Program-made: the position numbers and the translations under genes
The notes under the pieces: generated by a model
What the model was told of the DNA's origin: nothing
Database searches by the model: none
Seen by the model: only the letters and a program-made list of their open reading frames with translations
Shown here: positions 18,957 through 27,840 of the stretch, in pieces
How positions within the stretch are numbered: position 1 is the first letter of the stretch
How the letters are laid out: every line of letters starts with the position of its first letter
DNA from: Desulfobacterales bacterium
Lineage (GTDB): Bacteria; Desulfobacterota; DSM-4660; Desulfatiglandales; Desulfatiglandaceae
Reading direction: 5' to 3'
DNA length: 62,924 nt
NCBI GenBank assembly: GCA_027027005.1
Contig: JALVMN010000375.1
Location: 1 to 62,924 of the forward strand

Positions 18957-19943
18957 ATGGGACTTCCTCTTTTGATCATACTATGTCTGGTGGGTTTTCT
19001 GCTCCTCTACTTTGGGGCCGAGTGGCTGGTCAAGGGGTCGTCGAGCTTTGCGCGCAGCCTTGGAGTCAGCCCCATAATCATTGGCCTCACCGTGGTGGCC
19101 TTCGGGACCTCTGCCCCCGAGCTTGTGGTGAGCGTCATCTCATCCGTAAAAGGCAAGAGTATGATAGCAGTGGGCAATGTGGTGGGGAGCAATATATGTA
19201 ACATTGCATTGATCCTGGGTCTCTCGGCCCTGTTGCACCCCCTTACAAGTGACCAGTGTGTCAAGAAGCGCGACATTCCCATAATGCTTGGCATCTCTTT
19301 ATACCTGTTGGTCCTCACAATAGACTCTTACCTGGGGAGGTTGGAGGGGGCAACACTTTTTGGAGGTATAATAGGCTACACCCTTTTCAACTATTACCTA
19401 TATGTGAAGGGAAAAAGGGCGAAAGGGGAAAAATGTGAGGTGCCTGTGGCATGCGAGGTGGAAGAGATCGAGTACATAGCCTCCAGGCCAAAACAGATCC
19501 TACTCATTGTAGTTGGCATCATTAGCGTGGTTGGTGGGGCACAGGTGGTGGTGGATTCTGCAGTGAAGATAATGAAGATCCTTGGTGTTGACGAAAAATT
19601 CATAGGGCTCACCATAGTGGCCTTTGGCACATCCCTACCCGAGCTTGCCACCTCTGTGGTGGCTGCCATTCGAAAGGAGATGGACATCTCGGTGGGCAAT
19701 GTGGTGGGGAGCAATGTCTTCAACATCATGAGCGTCCTTGGAGCGGCCTCCCTCATCCGGCCCATCCCCATCCCGGGCGGCTTTTTTGAAAGCGGGATGG
19801 TAATAGACTATTCGGTCATGTTTCTTACCAGTGCCTTGCCACTGGCGCTCATGGGAAAAGACTACACCATCACAAGGTTGGGTGGAGGTGTCCTGCTCGG
19901 CTCCTATGTTGGCTATATCGTGTATCTTATATCCAAAATCTGA
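18957..19943 (+). CDS. yrbG: Ca2+/Na+ antiporter (CaCA family, YrbG-like)
   Basis: Two alpha-repeat motifs (GTSAPELVVS...GNVVGSNICNI and GTSLPELATS...GNVVGSNVFNI). Confidence 0.85.
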   Translation: MGLPLLIILCLVGFLLLYFGAEWLVKGSSSFARSLGVSPIIIGLTVVAFGTSAPELVVSVISSVKGKSMIAVGNVVGSNICNIALILGLSALLHPLTSDQCVKKRDIPIMLGISLYLLVLTIDSYLGRLEGATLFGGIIGYTLFNYYLYVKGKRAKGEKCEVPVACEVEEIEYIASRPKQILLIVVGIISVVGGAQVVVDSAVKIMKILGVDEKFIGLTIVAFGTSLPELATSVVAAIRKEMDISVGNVVGSNVFNIMSVLGAASLIRPIPIPGGFFESGMVIDYSVMFLTSALPLALMGKDYTITRLGGGVLLGSYVGYIVYLISKI

Positions 19944-20344
19944 TACCAAAGACCTGGTGGAATTCAATCATCACCGGCAGGACTTTTCATGGGAAAGGCC
20001 CTGTATGCAGCTCGACCAGAAAAAATTTGATGTTATTTACAGGATCATTCACCAAAGAGAAAAAGCTTGGGCGTTCACGGTTGCGGCTAGAGCGGTCAAG
20101 GCCAAGCCCATTACGAGAGGCTGCTCAAGGCAGGAGGTTCCACCTACGACGAGATGGTGCGGAATGCCTATGGCACCAGCGCCAGCTACCATAAGTACCT
20201 GAGGGAATTGGCCTCTGCAGAATCCCAACTGGACAAGGCCATCCTGGAAAGGGTGGACAACTCTGAAACCGTGAAAGAAAAACTAATGGCTGAGGCCGAA
20301 CAGTTGGAAAAATTCCGGGAAAAGGAGGTGGAGCGCATCTTCTT

Positions 20345-21736
20345 TTAAGGAAGAACCTTTTGTGGGTTTAATATGTGGTTTGGATCAAAGAGGTCTTTTA
20401 TTTTCCTCATCCATGCAACTGAGCGGCCGTGTTCTTCGGCCATGTATTTCCGCTTCCCGATTCCGATTCCATGCTCCCCGCTACAGGTCCCCCCAAGGCT
20501 CACTGCCTGCTTGACCAACTTGTTGCTGAGTTCCCAGATGCTTGCCCACTCTGCCTGGTCCCCTTCCCTTCCCATCATAACCACATGAATGTTACCGTTT
20601 CCCGCATGACAGAACACGTAACCAGGGAGGCCAGCCTTCCTCACCTCATCCGAGGCAAAGGCCACCATCTCTGGAAACGAGCTTATGGGCACTGCCACAT
20701 CCGTGCTGAGCGCCTTTCTGCCCACATTCACCCTCTTTATGATTTCAGCGAGGGAGTGCCTTGTCTTCCATAAATTATCGCGCTCCTGGCGGCCTATGCC
20801 TGAGCGAAACACCTCGGCCCCGCACCCTTCGGCTATTTCTCGAGCCATCTCAACCAGTTCAGAGGTGTAAGAAGTGGTTGGTCCGTGAAACTCAATCAAG
20901 AGAAGGGGCGAGACCGGGGCCTCTATTCCGCTGTCCTCCTTGAATAGCCTTGCAGTTTCTGCATCCAACAACTCCAAGGCTGCAGGCTCAAGCCCCCCTT
21001 TCAACATCTCGAAGACCGCACGGGCGGCATCCCCCACCTCTGGGAATGACACCACGGCTGCCGAGAATTCCTGGGGGAGCCCTCTTAACCTTATGGTGGC
21101 CTCCACCACCACCCCCAAAGTGCCCTCCGAGCCCACAAAGAGGTCCAGAAGCCTGTATCCCGAGGATGTTTTGGAGGCCCTGGTGCCCACTTCAATCATC
21201 TCGCCGTCTGCCATGATAACCTTGAGCCTCAACACGTTGTCCCTGGTGGCGCCGTACCGAAGGGCCCTGGTCCCGCTGGCGTTGTTGGCTATCATCCCCC
21301 CAATGGTGGCCGCAGCCCCTGGGTCTGGCGGAAAGAAGAGGCCTTTGTGCCTCAACTTTTGGTTCAGGTCCTTATAGATGACCCCAGGCTCCACATCTGC
21401 CTGAAAGTCTTGTTCCCTGATCTCAAGGATTCGGTTCATCTGCGTGAAGTCAAGCACGATGCCTCTTTTGACCGGGATAGGATTGCCTTCAAGGCTGCTT
21501 CCAGCACCCCATGCAGTAACCGGTATGCGGTTCTGGTTTGAAAATTTCAGGATCTCGCTCACCTCTTGGGCTGAAACCGGCCATATGACCACCTCTGGTT
21601 CCACTGCCCGGTGGTGGGATTCGTCATGGGAGTGGAGTTCCAGGTTGGATTTTCCAGTGGAGAGCCGCTCAGGCCCCACGATATTTTCTAAATAGGTCAG
21701 ATGGAGTTGTGTCACCCTCTGGTAATTGGTTTCCAT
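20345..21736 (-). CDS. glcD: FAD-linked oxidase (GlcD / D-lactate dehydrogenase family)
   Basis: PCMH-type FAD-binding domain (VTAWGAGSSLEGN, GGMIANNASG) and C-terminal GTCSGEHGIGIGKRKYM block. Confidence 0.8.
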   Translation of the reverse strand: METNYQRVTQLHLTYLENIVGPERLSTGKSNLELHSHDESHHRAVEPEVVIWPVSAQEVSEILKFSNQNRIPVTAWGAGSSLEGNPIPVKRGIVLDFTQMNRILEIREQDFQADVEPGVIYKDLNQKLRHKGLFFPPDPGAAATIGGMIANNASGTRALRYGATRDNVLRLKVIMADGEMIEVGTRASKTSSGYRLLDLFVGSEGTLGVVVEATIRLRGLPQEFSAAVVSFPEVGDAARAVFEMLKGGLEPAALELLDAETARLFKEDSGIEAPVSPLLLIEFHGPTTSYTSELVEMAREIAEGCGAEVFRSGIGRQERDNLWKTRHSLAEIIKRVNVGRKALSTDVAVPISSFPEMVAFASDEVRKAGLPGYVFCHAGNGNIHVVMMGREGDQAEWASIWELSNKLVKQAVSLGGTCSGEHGIGIGKRKYMAEEHGRSVAWMRKIKDLFDPNHILNPQKVLP

Positions 21737-21801
21737 TTGTCTGCTCCTTTCAAAAACCCTTGTCCCTCGAGCTAGCAGATGCTCTACCGGAGATACGATC
21801 C

Positions 21802-21917
21802 CATATTACCCCTATTTTTCCTTTGAATTCCAGGTAATACTTGGTATGGATATGGCCGATCTCAAACCAGGAGCCTGATTGTAGCGGGAATTCGGCTCAT
21901 CCACAAAGAGGACTGAC
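21802..21917. repeat. 116-bp direct repeat, copy A (115/116 identical to 27841-27956)
   Basis: Direct base-by-base comparison. The single mismatch is 21906 (a) versus 27945 (g). Confidence 0.95.
21877..21905 (-). promoter_or_regulatory. Candidate sigma70 promoter inside repeat copy A, reading toward glcD
   Basis: Minus strand: TTGTGG, 17-nt spacer, TACAAT. This would give a leader of about 130 nt before the glcD ATG at 21736. Confidence 0.4.
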
Positions 21918-22120
21918 ACCAGCCTCTCTTCAATACCTGTAAAATCGGTCACATCAGCAAACAGCACCGAGACCAGCTTTCTCTCGCCCTCCAAAGAAAG
22001 GGTATAGTCCCGGGGAGAGCGTCGGGTTAGGCAGGGACTTCCCGGTCCTGTGGGCATACCTTGAAGGATGGTTGCACTCGAAAGACAGGTTTCGCTTGGT
22101 ACCCGCCCCCGTTGTTTCTT

Positions 22121-22166
22121 CAAAAAGAGGGTCGAATCCGAGGCCCCACGCCCCGGATTCGATCCC
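22121..22166 (-). terminator. Rho-independent terminator ending the sigma54-driven operon
   Basis: Minus strand: GGGATCGAATCCG-loop-CGGATTCGACCC followed by TCTTTTTG. Two further hairpins (22178-22197, 22202-22226) lie between it and the stop codon at 22231. Confidence 0.6.
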
Positions 22167-22230
22167 TTAGGAGGAAAGAGCAACGAAGCTATTGCTCTGC
22201 CACAGCGCCACGGGGCGTGGTGCTGTAAGC

Positions 22231-24033
22231 TTAATAAAATGCCTCCAGGGCGTATCCGTCACTGTCACGGTAAAGCACCAGGATGCGATCGGGGTTTTTC
22301 AGAAACGTAAAATCCAGTATGTCCTTGGCCAGCTTCTTGGATTTCCAGGTCTCGATAATCCGGTTGCCCTGCCACTTGACCCCCACGACCTGATCGAATC
22401 CCTCCCCGGAGCGCAGGACCTTCTTCAGGCTTTTCTCAAGCGCTTCTCTGCCACGCTCTTTGTAAAGGAGGAAGAATTGCCCGTCAAACTCTGTCCTCAG
22501 TTCAAGACGTCGGGGTGCGAAGACCTCTCGAAAGGTCTTCTTGCGGTCAAATCCCCCCAGATATTGGACCGTTTCCAGTTTCAGGGGATAGGATATCTCC
22601 GTATAAGCTCCATATGTTCGCTCCCCGGAGGCCTCCACCCGCTCCTCGGGGGCAAAATAGCCGTGCAGCACATGGTTGGGCTCAAGGATCATGACACGCT
22701 CCCTCTCCCCGGGCACAAGCGCGAACTGGTAAATGGAATAGATGGCCCTTGCAGGCTCGTATGGAGGGCCGAGTTGAACCCCCTTGTCCTGGGTGCTCCA
22801 CCTTACACGATAGATCGGACCGCTATACTGTTTGAATTTTCCCTCTGCCTGCGCAAGGGCCACCGGCCTCCCTTCCCTGTCCTGGATGACCCGCAGGTAG
22901 TAGGGCCAGTCCTGAACAAGGACCTGAAAAATTCCTTCCTTGAAGGTGATAACCTGGGAACATAGCCGATTATCTAACCTGTCCAGATAATATACAGGCT
23001 CACTCAGGGTGATTAAAAGTTCATCGCCCCCATCCCCATCCAGGTCTTTTGCATGAAGATGGAGGGGAAAATACTCCTTTTTATTAATTCGATACCGCGC
23101 TTTTTCAACCAGCCTGGCCTTTTCAACTTGATAAACGCGGAGGTCCACCTTGCCCAACAAAGCAACCTCTGCTCGCCCATCCCCTTCCAGGTCACACTTG
23201 ACCACGCGAAAATAAGCCCCGGAGATCCGAAAAAAATCCCCCCTCACTTCTTGGGTAGGCCCATGAAAGGACCGGGCGCCAATACCAGGGTGGGAAAAGG
23301 CCCCCCGCGGTGCCGCAGCGGCATCAAAAGAGGTGACGGCTTCACCCGATCCATAGGCTCTCATCTTCACGGGGTGACCCAAAGGGAAAAGGGTGTCGAT
23401 GCGGTCCTCTTGGAGAAGAGTTTCGGTGAAAAAAATCTGACCACTGGACAGGGATGAGAGCCTGCAGATCAGATGATCGCCCTCTCCTTCCAGGCGCAGC
23501 AAGAGATCGGCCACGTCAGGTTTCCCGGTAATGGAATCCCCTTCTACTTCGTAGATGATAAAGCGGGTTTTAAGAAGTGCCTTTAGCAGATCCTGATAAG
23601 CGGAAAAGCGATGTTTTGCCCTGATGTTAGTGTAAAGATAGATGGAAGGGGCAGGGGGCGTGAGCACCCAGTCCTGTACTTTAACGGCTCTTCCTACGTT
23701 CTGTATGATGCGGGCAAGAAAGCCATGGGGAAGGATCGCCTCTACCTGGACCCAGGCCACCTGGCGCTGGAGTGGGGGGGATATTCCCTCCCTGTGTTCG
23801 CTCACCCAGAGATACTGCCCCAGCCGGAAAGGGACCTCTCCCCCGGTGACAAGTATTCGTTCCCTCGAGACCTCTTTTACCCGGCCAACCCTCCTGGAGG
23901 GGGACTCGTATTGCTGTTTCAAGAAAATAAAAAGCCCTGGGAAAGGGTGGTTTTGTGCTCGTATTTGCGCCGCATCCAGGCAGATGAGAACTCCCAGAAA
24001 CGCGGCCCAAAAGAGACTCTTTCCTGTTTTCAT
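22231..24033 (-). CDS. Secreted protein with FG-GAP/VCBS-like repeats, function unknown
   Basis: Signal peptide MKTGKSLFWAAFLGVLICLDAAQIRAQ. Ca-binding-like repeats DLEGDGRAEVALLG and DLDGDGGDELLI. Confidence 0.5.
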   Translation of the reverse strand: MKTGKSLFWAAFLGVLICLDAAQIRAQNHPFPGLFIFLKQQYESPSRRVGRVKEVSRERILVTGGEVPFRLGQYLWVSEHREGISPPLQRQVAWVQVEAILPHGFLARIIQNVGRAVKVQDWVLTPPAPSIYLYTNIRAKHRFSAYQDLLKALLKTRFIIYEVEGDSITGKPDVADLLLRLEGEGDHLICRLSSLSSGQIFFTETLLQEDRIDTLFPLGHPVKMRAYGSGEAVTSFDAAAAPRGAFSHPGIGARSFHGPTQEVRGDFFRISGAYFRVVKCDLEGDGRAEVALLGKVDLRVYQVEKARLVEKARYRINKKEYFPLHLHAKDLDGDGGDELLITLSEPVYYLDRLDNRLCSQVITFKEGIFQVLVQDWPYYLRVIQDREGRPVALAQAEGKFKQYSGPIYRVRWSTQDKGVQLGPPYEPARAIYSIYQFALVPGERERVMILEPNHVLHGYFAPEERVEASGERTYGAYTEISYPLKLETVQYLGGFDRKKTFREVFAPRRLELRTEFDGQFFLLYKERGREALEKSLKKVLRSGEGFDQVVGVKWQGNRIIETWKSKKLAKDILDFTFLKNPDRILVLYRDSDGYALEAFY

Positions 24034-24266
24034 AGCCCCGATCTTTTCTATAGGTTGAATGGTTAGGTATTTGCGAAACTCAGCGGGTCCTTATTCTCCT
24101 TCGCTATCCATTTAATCAAATACGCTCAGGGATGTTTGGCACAAGGCACAGGGTGTGAGGCATCTACCAGGCCAAAGCAAGGAGCCCGCCCTAGTACCTG
24201 CGCCTCGTGCCCTTAGGGATTGTTATTGGACCCACAACTCAAACATCCGGAACCATTATAGACTAA

Positions 24267-25703
24267 TTACCACACCCACTTCAGCTCTACTGTATCGATC
24301 ATACCAATATCGTCGTAACTGGATCCGCGGATATCTTCCACCGCATCACCGGGATTGAAAAGGGAGAAACAGTTACCAATACTGAAGTGCTTGTTAAACT
24401 TATAAGTGAGAAGAACGTCAAACTCTATGCCCACCTCGTTATCAATGCCCCTTCCATAGAAGTCCTCTATGGCGCCCTGTTCCTCAAACTCCATGTACAG
24501 GCCCTGAACCTTGTAAGAGAACTTGCCCATGCTTCCCTTGACACCCAGGCCGTAGGAAATGAGGCCAGGACTGTCGCCAGTGGAGCTGTTGCCGATTCCG
24601 CCGTAACCCGGACTTGTCCCTCCGAGGGTGGCAAAGTTGTTGCTGTAAAGATGGGACCCTAGAACAGGTATGTAGCGATAGATAAAGGCGTTTTCCATGC
24701 CGAATGTGGGGGTGTAGCGGGAGATGTTGGTAATCCCGTTAAAGGCCTCAATGTCCCCGTCGTTGGCATTATCATCGCCGGTCATATAGGTCACGCCGAA
24801 ATAAGGAATGAACCTGGGGGACACATTGATATCCACGGATCCAAAGGCTGCCCAGGCGCTGATATTGTAGTCCTTGCCTGTGGCAGGCCATGTGTCAGTG
24901 TCTCCCGTGGCGTACACAAACTCGAGACGGGGCGTGAACATTCCCAGTTTTCCATAGGCCTCGGCGCCAAGATAATGGACCTTAGCATCTGAGGATTGGT
25001 TCTCGCTGTTATCGCTGTACGCGTAAAACGGACTAATCACAAAACCATTGGCCATCTTGTAGATCCCTTTCAAGCTGTAGACCCGCCAGTCCAGGGTGTC
25101 CGCGTCTATAGCGCCCACTCCAGTGGTGGAGGTCTCGTCCTGGACGATGATATAGAGGGCCTCCCACGAGAAGTTATTGCCGAGCTTGCCTTCAAGACCG
25201 ATATACGGGTGATCATCCCCATAAAGAACCCCGCCGGTCATGATATCCAGAAAACGGGTATTCCACCCGGTCTTGATGGCAACGGGACCGAAGTTGTACC
25301 GCAGATTCAGTTTTTCCACACCAAAATCCTCACCGGTCATGCCGCTGTCCAAAGATTGTGTGAGGTCAGCTCCACGGTCGGCATGGGCCTTGGACAGATT
25401 AAAATCGGCCTCCAGGATAATGAGAAAGTCCCAGTTGTCTCCCTTGCCGACCCACCCCATCCTGAGTTCATTTCGGACGTTGTGATCGGCCATCCATCCG
25501 TTCTCATCCAGTATTCGGTCATACTCGGTGTCTTTGCTGTTCAGGTCCACATCACCCAAAAAGGTAGGATAGGTTTTGACGCTTCCAAAAAATTTGACCT
25601 CAATATCCTTGCTTTTCGGAATGAGCTCCCCCATTTTGGCAGAGGCGCTGAACGGGGAGCTGAAAAACATCAATACCATTGAAACAAGGATCCACTTTTT
25701 CAT
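24267..25703 (-). CDS. Putative outer-membrane beta-barrel (porin-like) protein
   Basis: Signal peptide MKKWILVSMVLMFFSSPFSASA, alternating amphipathic strands rich in G/Y/D/N, aromatic C-terminus ...VELKWVW. Confidence 0.55.
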   Translation of the reverse strand: MKKWILVSMVLMFFSSPFSASAKMGELIPKSKDIEVKFFGSVKTYPTFLGDVDLNSKDTEYDRILDENGWMADHNVRNELRMGWVGKGDNWDFLIILEADFNLSKAHADRGADLTQSLDSGMTGEDFGVEKLNLRYNFGPVAIKTGWNTRFLDIMTGGVLYGDDHPYIGLEGKLGNNFSWEALYIIVQDETSTTGVGAIDADTLDWRVYSLKGIYKMANGFVISPFYAYSDNSENQSSDAKVHYLGAEAYGKLGMFTPRLEFVYATGDTDTWPATGKDYNISAWAAFGSVDINVSPRFIPYFGVTYMTGDDNANDGDIEAFNGITNISRYTPTFGMENAFIYRYIPVLGSHLYSNNFATLGGTSPGYGGIGNSSTGDSPGLISYGLGVKGSMGKFSYKVQGLYMEFEEQGAIEDFYGRGIDNEVGIEFDVLLTYKFNKHFSIGNCFSLFNPGDAVEDIRGSSYDDIGMIDTVELKWVW

Positions 25704-25835
25704 TTACTCTCCCTCCTCTATTTTTTCTTTTGCCACCATCACTTCCACAAGCTCCTGTGGGAGGAAGGTGGTTCGACGACTCATTCAAGAAGGACTTGCC
25801 GGTGGTGCGGATATGGCGGACCGCGGCTATAACAC

Positions 25836-26075
25836 TCAACCATCTTCCCCTCCCCTCTTGACCCTGAGCCGATAAAAATCATGCTCCTTTTGTATGCCAA
25901 CGACCTGATCTCCAGAGTGATCGATGATCCTTCTTAGATCCTCAAGGGTGTCTCGGTCTCCAATCAGCACCTCTGCTATCTCGCCAGTGCCTATGGCCTG
26001 GAGGGTGTTCTTGAATTCCAAAAAGCAGAGGGGAATCGGAATGTGTCTCAGGTCCAGTTCTTTATCAGCATGCAT
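25836..26075 (-). CDS. TusA/SirA-fold small protein lacking the canonical CPxP cysteine
   Basis: 79 aa from the ATG at 26075 (GGGGAGA RBS). ELDLRHIPIPLCFLEFKNTLQAIGTGEIAEVLIGD aligns by eye to TusA [34 protein letters not shown], with Ile in place of the active-site Cys. Confidence 0.5.
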   Translation of the reverse strand: MHADKELDLRHIPIPLCFLEFKNTLQAIGTGEIAEVLIGDRDTLEDLRRIIDHSGDQVVGIQKEHDFYRLRVKRGGEDG

Positions 26076-26115
26076 CCCACGTCTCCCCGGTGCTTGTGGA
26101 CCTACCTGCTTAAAC

Positions 26116-26130
26116 GCAACAGGTGTGCCA
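26116..26130 (-). promoter_or_regulatory. Sigma54 (-24/-12) promoter
   Basis: Minus strand reads TGGCAC-ACCTG-TTGC, a perfect match to TGGCAC-N5-TTGC. It lies about 40 nt upstream of the TusA-fold gene ATG and is divergent from the sigma54 activator gene. Confidence 0.7.
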
Positions 26131-26262
26131 CATCCCATGTCCCGACAGAAGTTCCATAACATGGTGATCTTTCGATGAATTTTCCCCCGCATCTTTTAGT
26201 TTGTGTTAAGAGTATTTCTGTAGTATTTAAACTTTCGTTTAAACTGTTAAGGAGGGCTCTTA

Positions 26263-27654
26263 ATGATTTTTCAGGAGCGAGAGGTCAACCGTTATTGGAG
26301 GGAAATCTTCGATGCAATGAACGATGGGATGATGGTGATTGCCGGTGACGGGACAATTATCATGGTGAACAATGCTTTCTCAGAGATCACCGGATATGAA
26401 AAAGATGAGATCGTCGGAAAGAGCTGCTCCATGCTGAGATGCGATGTCTGTTCTATTGCAAGGAAGGGAGGGGAGGGAAAATGGTGCGTTCTCTTTGATG
26501 AAGGTCGTCTACATACCAAGCGCTGTACAATAATGAGAAAGGATGGCTCCTTAAGGACCGTGGTCAAGAACGCCTCCCTGCTCAAAGGCTCAGACGGAAC
26601 AGTACTGGGCGCCGTGGAAACGTTAACGGACCTGACAGAAATCACCGATCGGGACCAGAAGATCGAGAACCTCTGTCAGATGCTGGGAAAAAGGAGTGGC
26701 TTTTGCGGGATGATCGGGGAATCTGCGGCCATGCGAGAGGTCTTCCAGATTATTGAAAAGGCCGCCCTCAGTGATGCCCCGGTCATCATTTACGGGGAGA
26801 CCGGAACAGGGAAAGAACTGGTGGCACAGGCGATTCACCAGTTGGGCTGGAGGAGGGAGGGGCCCTTTATTCAGCTCAACTGTGCGGCTCTAAATGAATA
26901 CCTCCTTGAAAGCGAACTTTTCGGCCATATGAAGGGGGCCTTCACCGGGGCCATTCGCAATCACCGGGGACGGTTCGAGGTGGCGGACGGAGGAGATCTT
27001 TTCCTGGACGAGATCAGCGATATTCCCATGAACGTCCAGGTCAAACTCCTGAGGGTCCTGGAGACAAAACAGTTCGAGCGGGTTGGGGATAGCCGTCCCA
27101 TCTCTGTGGATGTCCGGATCATCAGCGCAAGCAACCGCGATCTGAAGGATCTGGTCAGACAAAAGCTGTTCAGGGAAGACCTTTTTTTTCGCATCAATGT
27201 CATCCCCATCTATCTCCCGCCGCTGCGTGAAAGAAGAGAGGACATCCCACCGCTGGTCAGACACTTTATCCATCTCCTGCGCAAAAGTTCGCAGAAAGAG
27301 ATCAAGGGGTTGACCCCGGAAGCCATGAGGGTCTTAATGGACTACCCCTGGCCTGGTAATGTGAGAGAGCTCAAAAGCGTCATGGAATATGCCTTTGTCA
27401 TCGCTGATACCGACATAATCTCCCCGCGTGAGCTCCCCCCGGAACTCCTGGGGAAAAACCGGAGGAAGATGATAGGATATCTCACTCCCGACGATAAGGA
27501 TGAGACCCAGAAGAGAGAACTCCTGGAAGCCCTCAAGAAATGTAACGGAAATCAAACAAGGGCTGCCGAGATCTTGGGCGTCAGCCGGGTAACAGTATGG
27601 CATCGTATGAAGAAGTACGGGATTGACTTGAAAAGGGCCCTCTCATCCCTGTAA
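26263..27654 (+). CDS. Sigma54-dependent transcriptional activator (PAS, AAA+, Fis-type HTH; no receiver domain)
   Basis: GETGTGKELVAQAIH Walker A, ESELFGHMKGAFTGA (GAFTGA loop), C-terminal NQTRAAEILGVSRVTVWHRMKKYG HTH. The N-terminal PAS domain has 5 Cys. Confidence 0.9.
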   Translation: MIFQEREVNRYWREIFDAMNDGMMVIAGDGTIIMVNNAFSEITGYEKDEIVGKSCSMLRCDVCSIARKGGEGKWCVLFDEGRLHTKRCTIMRKDGSLRTVVKNASLLKGSDGTVLGAVETLTDLTEITDRDQKIENLCQMLGKRSGFCGMIGESAAMREVFQIIEKAALSDAPVIIYGETGTGKELVAQAIHQLGWRREGPFIQLNCAALNEYLLESELFGHMKGAFTGAIRNHRGRFEVADGGDLFLDEISDIPMNVQVKLLRVLETKQFERVGDSRPISVDVRIISASNRDLKDLVRQKLFREDLFFRINVIPIYLPPLRERREDIPPLVRHFIHLLRKSSQKEIKGLTPEAMRVLMDYPWPGNVRELKSVMEYAFVIADTDIISPRELPPELLGKNRRKMIGYLTPDDKDETQKRELLEALKKCNGNQTRAAEILGVSRVTVWHRMKKYGIDLKRALSSL

Positions 27655-27707
27655 AAGATATCTCATGTCTCCATCCAATCGAAATCTTTGAGCAGATAGG
27701 GGTAAGT

Positions 27708-27776
27708 CTAATTCGGTCTCAAAACACCCAAATAAGTCAGGTGGGTTTGGGACACCCTCTGGTAGTTGGTCTCCAT
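27708..27776 (-). pseudogene. Remnant of a glcD-like 5' end
   Basis: Encodes METNYQRVSQTHLTYLGVLRPN-stop versus glcD METNYQRVTQLHLTYLENIV. The DNA is 41/50 identical to 21689-21738. Confidence 0.55.
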
Positions 27777-27840
27777 TTAAGCACTCCTTTTGCAATTTTT
27801 TATCCATCAAGCCAGCACATGCCCTGTTGCGCTTGCTTCT

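Noticed and set aside
19944-20348. Small ORFs after the CaCA gene, such as 20154..20348 (MVRNAYGTSASYHKYLRELASAES...), as possible genes or as a peptidase M3 C-terminal remnant (LLKAGGSTYDEM).
   Set aside because: There is no convincing RBS, the similarity is only a few residues, and the frame is closed by a TAG at 20088-20090. It could be a gene remnant, but I cannot support a call.
21802-21917. The 116-bp repeat considered as a MITE or an IS end (it begins TGTCAG on the minus strand).
   Set aside because: The two ends are not inverted repeats of each other (TGTCAGTCCTC... vs ATATTACCCCT...). No target-site duplication is visible, and both copies keep the same position relative to a glcD-like start. 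A duplicated regulatory or leader region fits better.
22129-22166. Minus strand reads GGGGCGTGGGGCCTCGGATTCGACCC, resembling the 5' end of tmRNA (GGGG...GGATTCGAC) or a tRNA T-arm.
   Set aside because: The segment is the 3' half of a self-complementary hairpin (GGGATCGAATCCG / CGGATTCGACCC) followed by TCTTTTT, directly downstream of a gene stop. No tag ORF ending in Ala-Ala, no T-arm with a proper 5-bp stem and no CCA-ending acceptor strand could be found downstream. It is a terminator.
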